A DNA stretch of 64,000 bases from Squalus acanthias (Eukaryota): positions 62,001 to 126,000 of the forward strand of contig JASTWF010000354.1 in assembly GCA_030390025.1 (NCBI GenBank), read 5' to 3'. This document shows positions 50,501 through 64,000 of this stretch, piece after piece. The notes beneath the pieces were generated by a model. It was given only the letters and a program-made list of their open reading frames with translations. It was not told the DNA's origin and made no database searches. Within the stretch, counting starts at the first letter, position 1; each line of letters begins with the position of its first letter. The position numbers and the translations under genes were made by a program.

Positions 50501-53500
50501 TATATCAAAATGCAATGATATCACAATACAATTATATCACTCTGCAATTATATCGCACTGCAATTATATCACACTGCAATTATATCACACTGCAATTATA
50601 TCACACTGCAATTATATCACACTGCAATTATAACAAAATACAATTATATCACAATATAATTATATAACACTACAATTTTATCACACTACAATTATATCAC
50701 ACTGCAATTATATCACTATACAATTATTTTACACTACAATTATATCACAATACAATTATATCACACTGCAATTATATCACAATACAATTATATCACACTG
50801 CAATTATATCACAATACAATTATATCACACTGCAATTGTATCACAATACAATTATATCACAATACAATTATATCACACTGCAATTATATCACAATACAAT
50901 TATATCACAATACAATTATATCACACTGCAATTATATCACAATACAATTATATCACACTGCAATTATATCACACTGCAATTATATCACAATACAATTATA
51001 TCACACTGCAATTATATCACAATACAATTATATCACACTGCAATTATATCACACTGCAATTATATCACACTGCAATTATATCACAATACAATTATATCAC
51101 ACTGCAATTATATCACACTGCAATTATATCACAATACAATTATATCACACTGCAATTATATCACAATACAATTATATCACACTGCAATTATATCACACTG
51201 CAATTATATCACACTACAATTATATCACACTGCAATTATATCACACTGCAATAATATCACACTGCAATTATATCACACTGCAATTATATCACACTGCAAT
51301 TATATGACACTACAATTACATCACACTGCAATTATATCACACTGCAATTATATCACAATACAATTATATCACACTGCAATTATATCACACTGCAATTATA
51401 TCACACTGCAATTATATCACAATACAATTATACCACAATACAATTATATCACACTGCAATTATATCACAATACAATGATATCACGCTGCAATTATATCAC
51501 ACGACAATTATATCACACTACAATTATATCACACTACAATTATATCACACTACAATTATATCACACTGCAATTATATCACAATACAATGATATCACGCTG
51601 CAATTATATCACACGACAATTATATCACACTACAATTATATCACACTACAATTATATCACACTGCAATTATATCACAATACAATTACATCACACTGCAAT
51701 TATATAACACTACAATTATATCACCCTGCAATTATATCTCACCACAATTGTATCACACTACATTTATATCACAACTGCAATTATATCACAATACAATTAT
51801 ATCACACTGCAATTATATCACAATAAAATTATATCACACTGCAATTATATCACACTGCAATTGTATCACACTGCAATTATATCACACTGCAATTATATCA
51901 CAGTGCAATTATATCACACTGCAATTATATCACACTGCAACTATATCACACTACAATTATATCACAATGCAACTATATCACACTGCAACTTTGGCATAAT
52001 ACAATAATATCACACTGCAATTATAACATTTTACAATTATATCACACTACAATTATATCACAATACAATTATATCGCACTACAATTATATCACTATAGAA
52101 TTATATCACAATACAATTATATCACACTGCAATTATATTACAATACAATTATATCACACTGCAATTATATCACACTGCAAATATATCACACTGCAATTAT
52201 ATCACACTGCAATTATATCACACTGCAATTATATCACACTGCAATTATATCACACTGCAATTATATCACACTGCAATTATATCACACTGCAATTATATCA
52301 CACTGCAATTATATCACACTACAATTATATCACACTGCAATTATATCACACTGCAATTATATCACCCTGCAATTATATCACACTACAATTATATCACACT
52401 GCAATTATATCACACTACAATTATATCACACTGCAATTATATCACACTGCAATTATATCACACTGCAATTATATCACACTGCAATTATATCACAATACAA
52501 TTATACCACAATACAATTATATCACACTGCAATTATATCACAATACAATGATATCACGCTGCAATTATATCACACGACAATTATATCACACTACAATTAT
52601 ATCACACTACAATTATATCACACTACAATTATATCACACTGCAATTATATCACAATACAATGATATCACGCTGCAATTATATCACACGACAATTATATCA
52701 CACTACAATTATATCACACTACAATTATATCACACTGCAATTATTTTACACAACTCTCATATCACGCTACATCACACTGCAATTATATAACACTACAATT
52801 ATATCACCCTGCAATTATATCACACCACAATTGTATCACACTACATTTATATCACAACAGCAATTATATCACACTGCAATTATATCACACTGCAATTATA
52901 ACAAAATACAATTATATCACAATATAATTATATCACACTACAATTTTATCACACTACAACTTTATCACACTACAATTATATCACACTGCAATTATATCAC
53001 TATACAATTATTTTACACTACAATTATATCACAATACAATTATATCACACTGCAATTATATCACACTGCAATTATATCACAATGCAATGATATCACAATA
53101 CAATTATATCACTCCGCAATTATATCGCACTGCAATTATATCACACTGCAATTATATCACACTGCAATTATATCACACTGCAATTATATCACACTGCAAT
53201 TATAACAAAATACAATTATATCACAATATAATTATATCACACTACAATTTTATCACACTACAATTATATCACACTGCAATTATATCACTATACAATTATT
53301 TTACACTACAATTATATCACAATACAATTATATCACACTGCAATTATATCACAATACAATTATATCACACTGCAATTATATCACAATACAATTATATCAC
53401 ACTGCAATTGTATCACAATACAATTATATCACAATACAATTATATCACACTGCAATTATATCACAATACAATTATATCACAATACAATTATATCACACTG

Positions 53501-56500
53501 CAATTATATCACAATACAATTATATCACACTGCAATTATATCACACTGCAATTATATCACAATACAATTATATCACACTGCAATTATATCACACTGCAAT
53601 TATATCACAATACAATTATATCACACTGCAATTATATCACACTGCAATTATATCACAATACAATTATATCACACTGCAATTATATCACAATACAATTATA
53701 TCACACTGCAATTATATCACACTGCAATTATATCACACTACAATTATATCACACTGCAATTATATCACACTGCAATAATATCACACTGCAATTATATCAC
53801 ACTGCAATTATATCACACTGCAATTATATGACACTACAATTACATCACACTGCAATTATATCACATTGCAATTATATCACACTGCAATTATATCACACTG
53901 CAATTATATCACACTGCAATTATATCACAATACAATTATACCACAATACAATTATATCACACTGCAATTATATCACAATACAATGATATCACGCTGCAAT
54001 TATATCACACGACAATTATATCACACTACAATTATATCACACTACAATTATATCACACTGCAATTATATCACAATACAATGATATCACGCTGCAATTATA
54101 TCACACGACAATTATATCACACTACAATTATATCACACTACAATTATATCACACTGCAATTATATCACAATACAATTACATCACACTGCAATTATATAAC
54201 ACTACAATTATATCACCCTGCAATTATATCTCACCACAATTGTATCACACTACATTTATATCACAACTGCAATTATATCACAATACAATTATATCACACT
54301 GCAATTATATCACAATAAAATTATATCACACTGCAATTATATCACACTGCAATTGTATCACACTGCAATTATATCACACTGCAATTATATCACAGTGCAA
54401 TTATATCACACTGCAATTATATCACACTGCAACTATATCACACTACAATTATATCACAATGCAATTATATCACACTGCAACTTTGGCATAATACAATAAT
54501 ATCACACTGCAATTATAACATTTTACAATTATATCACACTACAATTATATCACAATACAATTATATCGCACTACAATTATATCACTATAGAATTATATCA
54601 CAATACAATTATATCACACTGCAATTATATAACAATACAATTATATCACACTGCAATTATATCACACTGCAAATATATCACACTGCAATTATATCACACT
54701 GCAATTATATCACACTGCAATTATATCACACTGCAATTATATCACACTGCAATTATATCACACTACAATTATATCACACTGCAATTATATCACACTGCAA
54801 TTATATCACCCTGCAATTATATCACACTACAATTATATCACACTGCAATTATATCACACTACAATTATATCACACTGCAATTATATCACACTGCAATTAT
54901 ATCACACTACAATTATATCACACTGCAAATATATCAAACTACAATTATATCACAAGTCAATTATATCACACTGCAATTATATCACACTGCAATTATATCA
55001 CAATACAATTATATCACAATACAACTATATCACACTGCAATTATATCACACTGCAATTATATCACACTGCAATTATATCACACTGCAATTATATCACACT
55101 GCAATTATATCACACTGCAATTATATCACAATACAATAATATCACACTGCAATTATATCACAATACAATTATATCACAATACAATTATATCACACTGCAA
55201 TTATATCACACTACAACTATATCACAATACAATTATATCACGCTATAATTATATCACACTGCAATTATATCACAATACAATTATATCAAAATACAGTGAT
55301 ATCACAATACAATAATATCACACTGCAATTATATCACAATACAATTATATCACACTGCAATTATATCACAATACAATTATATCACCCTGCAATTATATCA
55401 TATAACAATTGTTTCACACTACATTTATATCACAACTGCAATTATATCACAATACAATTATATCACAATACAATTATATCACGCTACAGTTATATCACAC
55501 TGCAATTATATCACACTGCAATTATATCACAGTGCAATTATATCACACTGCAATTATATCACACTGCAACTATATCACACTACAATTATATCACACTGCA
55601 ATTGTATCACACTGCAATTGTATCACACTGCAATTATAACACACTGCAATTATATCACAGTGCAATTATATCACGCTGCAATTATATCACACTGCAACTA
55701 TATCACACTACAATTATATCACATTGCAATTATATCACACTGCAACTTTAGCATAATACAATAATATCACACTGCAATTATATCATTTTACAATTATATC
55801 GCACTACAATTATATCACTATAGAATTATTAACACGACAATTATATCACACTGCAATTATATTACAATACAATTGTATCACACTGCAATTATATCACAAT
55901 ACAATTATATCACACTGCAATTATATCACACTGCAATTATATCACACTGCAATTACATGAGAATACAATTATATCAGAATACAATTATATCACAATACAA
56001 TTATATCACAATACAATTACATCACACTGCAATTACATCACAATGCAATTACATCACAATACAATTACATCACAATACAATTATATCACACTGCAATTAT
56101 ATCACACTGCAATTATATCACACAACAATCATATCAGGCAACAATTATATCACGCTACAATTATATCACACTGCAATTATATCACAATACAATTATATCA
56201 CACCGCAATTATATCACACTACAATTATACCACACTGCAATTATATCACACTACAATGATATCACACTGCAATTATATTATACAATTATATCACACTGCA
56301 ATTATATCACAATACAATTATATCACACTGCAATTATATCACAATGCAATGATATCACAATACAATTATATCACTCTGCAATTATATCGCACTGCAATTA
56401 TATCACACTGCAATTATATCACACTGCAATTATATCACACTGCAATTATAACAAAATACAATTATATCACAATATAATTATATCACACTACAATTTTATC

Positions 56501-59500
56501 ACACTACAATTTTATCACACTACAATTATATCACACTGCAATTATATCACTATACATTTATTTTACACTACAATTATATCACAATACAATTATATCACAC
56601 TGCAATTATATCACACTGCAATTATATCACAATGCAATGATATCACAATACAATTATATCACTCTGCAATTATATCGCACTGCAATTATATCACACTGCA
56701 ATTATATCACACTGCAATTATATCACACTGCAATTATATCACACTGCAATTATAACAAAATACAATTATATCACAATATAATTGTATCACACTACAATTT
56801 TATCACACTACAATTATATCACACTGCAATTATATCACAATACAATTATATCACACTACAATTATATCACAATACAATTATATCACACGGCAATTATATC
56901 ACAATACAATTATATCACACTGCAATTGTATCACAATACAATTATATCACAATACAATTATATCACACTGCAATTATATCACAATACAATTATATCACAA
57001 TACAATTATATCACACTGCAATTATATCACACTGCAATTATATCACACTACAATTATATCACAATACAATTATATCACACTGCAATTATATCACACTGCA
57101 ATTATATCACAATACAATTATATCACAATACAATTATATCACACTGCAATTATATCACACTGCAATTATATCACAACACAATTATATCACACTGCAATTA
57201 TATCACGCTGCAATTATATCACAATACAATTACATCACACTGCAATTATATCACAATACAATTATATCACACTGCAATTATATCACACTGCAATTATATC
57301 ACACTACAATTATATCACACTGCAATTATATCACACTGCAATAATATCACACTGCAATTATATCACACTGCAATTATATCACACTGCAATTATATCACAC
57401 TACAATTATATCACACTGCAATTATATCACACTGCAATTATATCACACTGCAATTATATCACACTGCAATTATATCACAATACAATTATACCACAATACA
57501 ATTATATCACACTGCAATTATATCACAATACAATGATATCACGCTGCAATTATATCACACGACAATTATATCACACTACAATTATATCACACTACAATTA
57601 TATCACACTACAATTATATCACACTGCAATTATATCACAATACAATGATATCACGCTGCAATTATATCACACGACAATTATATCACACTACAATTATATC
57701 ACACTACAATTATATCACACTGCAATTATTTTACACAACTCTTATATCACGCTACATCACACTGCAATTATATAACACTACAATTATATCACCCTGCAAT
57801 TATATCACACCACAATTGTATCACACTACATTTATATCACAACAGCAATTATATCACACTACAATTTTATCACACTACAACTTTATCACACTACAATTAT
57901 ATCACACTGCAATTATATCACTATACAATTATTTTACACTACAATTATATCACAATACAATTATATCACACTGCAATTATATCACACTGCAATTATATCA
58001 CAATGCAATGATATCACAATACAATTATATCACTCTGCAATTATATCGCACTGCAATTATATCACACTGCAATTATATCACACTGCAATTATATCACACT
58101 GCAATTATATCACACTGCAATTATAACAAAATACAATTATATCACAATATAATTATATCACACTACAATTTTATCACACTACAATTATATCACACTGCAA
58201 TTATATCACTATACAATTATTTTACACTACAATTATATCACAATACAATTATATCACACTACAATTATATCACAATACAATTATATCACACTGCAATTAT
58301 ATCACAATACAATTATATCACACTGCAATTGTATCACAATACAATTATATCACAATACAATTATATCACACTGCAATTATATCACAATACAATTATATCA
58401 CAATACAATTATATCACACTGCAATTATATCACACTGCAATTATATCACACTACAATTATATCACAATACAATTATATCACACTGCAATTATATCACACT
58501 GCAATTATATCACAATACAATTATATCACACTGCAATTATATCACACTGCAATTATATCACAATACAATTATATCACACTGCAATTATATCACACTGCAA
58601 TTATATCACAATACAATTATATCACACTGCAATTATATCACAATACAATTATATCACACTGCAATTATATCACACTGCAATTATATCACACTACAATTAT
58701 ATCACACTGCAATTATATCACACTGCAATAATATCACACTGCAATTATATCACACTGCAATTATATCACACTGCAATTATATGACACTACAATTATATCA
58801 CACTGCAATTATATCACACTGCAATTATATCACACTGCAATTATATCACACTGCAATTATATCACAATACAATTATACCACAATACAATTATATCACACT
58901 GCAATTATATCACAATACAATGATATCACGCTGCAATTATATCACACGACAATTATATCACACTACAATTATATCACACTACAATTATATCACACTACAA
59001 TTATATCACACTGCAATTATATCACAATACAATGATATCACGCTGCAATTATATCACACGACAATTATATCACACTACAATTATATCACACTACCATTAT
59101 ATCACACTGCAATTATATCACAATACAATTACATCACACTGCAATTATATAACACTACAATTATATCACCCTGCAATTATATCTCACCACAATTGTATCA
59201 CACTACATTTATATCACAACTGCAATTATATCACAATACAATTATATCACACTGCAATTATTTTACACAACACTTATATCACGCTACAATTATATCACAC
59301 TGCAATTATATCACACTGCAATTGTATCACACTGCAATTATATCACACTGCAATTATATCACAGTGCAATTATATCACGCTGCAATTATATCACACTGCA
59401 ACTATATCACACTACAATTATATCACAATGCAATTATATCACACTGCAACTTTGGCATAATACAATAATATCACACTGCAATTATAACATTTTACAATTA

Positions 59501-62500
59501 TATCACACTACAATTATATCACAATACAATTATATCGCACTACAATTATATCACTATAGAATTATATCACAATACAATTATATCACACTGCAATTATATT
59601 ACAATACAATTATATCACACTGCAATTATATCACACTGCAAATATATCACACTGCAATTATATCACACTGCATTTATATCACACTGCAATTATATCACAA
59701 TACAATAATATCACACTGCAATTATATCACAATACAATTATATCACAATACAATTATATCACACTGCAATTATATCACACTACAACTATATCACAATACA
59801 ATTATATCACGCTATAATTATATCACACTGCAATTATATCACAATACAATTATATCAAAATACAGTGATATCATAATACAATTATATCACACTGCAATTA
59901 TATCACACTGCAATTATATCACACTATAATTATATCACCATACAAATATATCACACTACAATTATATCACACTACAATTATATCACAATACAATTATATC
60001 ACGCTGCAATTATATCACACTACAATTATATCACAATACAATTATATCACACTACAATTATATTACACTACAATTATATCACACTGCAATTATATCACAA
60101 TACAATTATATCAAAATACAATTATATCACACTGCAATTATATCACACTGCAATTATATCACGATACAATACAATTATATCACACTGCAATTATGTCACG
60201 ATACAATACAATTATATCACACTGCAATTATATCACAATACAATTATATCAGACTTCAATTATATCACACTGCAATTATATCACAATACAATTATATCAC
60301 ACTGCAATTATATCACAATACAATTATATCACAATACAATTATATCACACTGCAATTATATCACACTGCAATTATATCACACTACAATTATATCACACTG
60401 CAATTATATCACACTGCAATTATATCACAATACAATTATATCACACTGCAATTATATCACACTGCAATTATATCACAATACAATTATATCACACTGCAAT
60501 TATATCACACTGCAATTATATCACAATACAATTATATCACACTGCAATTATATCACGCTGCAATTATATCACACTACAATTATATCACAATACAATTATA
60601 TCACACTGCAATTATATCACACTGCAATTATATCACAATACAATTATATCACACTGCAATTATATCACACTGCAATTATATCACAATACAATTATATCAC
60701 ACTGCAATTATATCACGCTGCAATTATATCACAATACAATTACATCACACTGCAATTATATCACAATACAATAATATCACACTGCAATTATATCACACTG
60801 CAATTATATCACACTACAATTATATCACACTGCAATTATATCACACTGCAATAATATCACACTGCAATTATATCACACTGCAATTATATCACACTGCAAT
60901 TATATCACACTACAATTATATCACACTGCAATTATATCACACTGCAATTATATCACACTGCAATTATATCACAATACAATTATACCACAATACAATTATA
61001 TCACACTGCAATTATATCACAATACAATGATATCACGCTGCAATTATATCACACGACAATTATATCACACTACAATTATATCACACTACAATTATATCAC
61101 ACTACAATTATATCACACTGCAATTATATCACAATACAATGATATCACGCTGCAATTATATCACACGACAATTATATCACACTACAATTATATCACACTA
61201 CAATTATATCACACTGCAATTATTTTACACAACTCTTATATCACGCTACATCACACTGCAAGGATATAACACTACAATTATATCACCCTGCAATTATATC
61301 ACACCACAATTGTATCACACTACATTTATATCACAACAGCAATTATATCACACTGCAATTATATCACACTGCAATTATAACAAAATACAATTATATCACA
61401 ATATAATTATATCACACTACAATTTTATCACACTACAACTTTATCACACTACAATTATATCACACTGCAATTATATCACTATACAATTATTTTACACTAC
61501 AATTATATCACAATACAATTATATCACACTGCAATTATATCACACTGCAATTATATCACAATGCAATGATATCACAATACAATTATATCACTCTGCAATT
61601 ATATCGCACTACAATTATATCACACTGCAATTATATCACACTGCAATTATATCACACTGCAATTATAACAAAATACAATTATATCACAATATAATTATAT
61701 CACACTACAATTTTATCACACTACAATTATATCACACTGCAATTATATCACTATACAATTATTTTACACTACAATTATATCACAATACAATTATATCACA
61801 CTACAATTATATCACAATACAATTATATCACACTGCAATTATATCACAATACAATTATATCACACTGCAATTGTATCACAATACAATTATATCACAATAC
61901 AATTATATCACAATACAATTATATCACACTGCAATTATATCACACTACAATTATATCACAATACAATTATATCACACTGCAATTATATCACACTGCAATT
62001 ATATCACAATACAATTATATCACACTGCAATTATATCACACTGCAATTATATCACAATACAATTATATCACACTGCAATTATATCACACTGCAATTATAT
62101 CACAATACAATTATATCACACTGCAATTATATCACAATACAATTATATCACACTGCAATTATATCACACTGCAATTATATCACACTACAATTATATCACA
62201 CTGCAATTATATCACACTGCAATAATATCACACTGCAATTATATCACACTGCAATTATATCACACTGCAATTATATGACACTACAATTATATCACACTGC
62301 AATTATATCACACTGCAATTATATCACACTGCAATTATATCACAATACAATTATACCACAATACAATTATATCACACTGCAATTATATCACAATACAATG
62401 ATATCACGCTGCAATTATATCACACGACAATTATATCACACTACAATTATATCACACTACAATTATATCACACTACAATTATATCACACTGCAATTATAT

Positions 62501-64000
62501 CACAATACAATGATATCACGCTGCAATTATATCACACGACAATTATATCACACTACAATTATATCACAATACAATTACATCACACTGCAATTATATAACA
62601 CTACAATTATATCACCCTGCAATTATATCTCACCACAATTGTATCACACTACATTTATATCACAACTGCAATTATATCACAATACAATTATATCACACTG
62701 CAATTATTTTACACAACACTTATATCACGCTACAATTATATCACACTGCAACTATATCACACTACAATTATATCACACTGCAATTATATCACACTGCAAT
62801 TGTATCACACTGCAATTATATCACACTGCAATTATATTACAGTGCAATTATATCACACTGCAATTATATCACACTGCAACTATATCACACTACAATTATA
62901 TCACAATGCAATTATATCACACTGCAACTTTGGCATAATACAATAATATCACACTGCAATTATAACATTTTACAATTATATCACACTACAATTATATCAC
63001 AATACAATTATATCGCACTACAATTATATCACTCTAGAATTATATCACAATACAATTATATCACACTGCAATTATATTACAATACAATTATATCACACTG
63101 CAATTATATCACACTGCAAATATATCACACTGCAATTATATCACACTGCAATTATATCACACTGCAATTATATCACACTGCAATTATATCACACTGCAAT
63201 TATATCACACTACAATTATATCACACTGCAATTATATCACACTGCAATTATATCACCCTGCAATTATATCACACTGCAATTATATCACACTGCAATTATA
63301 TCACACTGCAATTATATCACCCTGCAATTATATCACACTACAATTATATCACACTGCAATTATATCACCCTGCAATTATATCACACTGCAATTATATCAC
63401 ACTGCAATTATATCACACTGCAATTATATCACCCTGCAATTATATCACACTGCAATTATATCACACTGCAATTATATCACCCTGCAATTATATCACACTA
63501 CAATTATATCACACTGCAATTATATCACACTGCAATTATATCACCCTGCAATTATATCACACTACAATTATATCACACTGCAATTATATCACACTGCAAT
63601 TATATCACACTGCAATTATATCACACTACAATTATATCACACTGCAATTATATCACACTGCAATTATATCACACTGCAATTATATCACACTGCAATTATA
63701 TCACACTGCAATTATATCACACTGCAATTATATCACCCTGCAATTATATCACACTACAATTATATCACACTGCAATTATATCACACTGCAATTATATCAC
63801 AATACAATAATATCACACCGCAATTATATCACAATACAATTATATCACAATACAATTATATCACACTGCAATTATATCACACTACAACTATATCACAATA
63901 CAATTATATCATGCTATAATTATATCACACTGCAATTATATCACAATACAATTATATCAAAATACAGTGATATCATAATACAATTATATCACACTGCAAT
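41582..64000. repeat. AT-rich 16-bp satellite CAATTATATCAC(ACTG/ACTA/AATA), about 1400 copies, open at the window end
   Basis: Direct tandem array; 16-aa periodic ORFs (HTAIISHCNYITLQLY = 3 monomers). Confidence 0.98.

Noticed and set aside
41813..62938. 952-aa and other long His/Tyr/Ile-rich ORFs
   Set aside because: Artefact of the 16-bp monomer lacking stops on the + strand.

Overview
Eukaryotic, repeat-saturated window; the CR1/L2/DeuSINE/Penelope repertoire looks like a cartilaginous fish (inference). No host protein-coding gene is confidently identifiable, and almost all long ORFs are read-throughs of tandem repeats. About two thirds of the window is satellite DNA: 21-bp (1-7075), 40-bp (10737-15577), GC-rich 21-bp (16287-17805), 33-bp (21935-26880 and 39872-41158) and 16-bp (27304-27360 and 41582-64000). 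Between the arrays lie L2 3' fragments, a tRNA-type SINE interrupted by a Penelope-like hairpin carrying hammerhead-ribozyme motifs, two non-autonomous DNA transposons with TIRs and TSDs, an internally deleted Ty3/Gypsy element, and an 11-kb, four-level, single-orientation nest of CR1 LINEs. The most striking pattern is that three arrays appear to grow directly out of three different transposon classes: a CR1 RT segment (40 bp), a hAT MITE interior (21 bp) and a DeuSINE core (33 bp). A second is a duplicated cassette of 33-bp array, 423-bp spacer with an RFX X-box match, and 16-bp array. Family names come from recognised motifs, not database searches.
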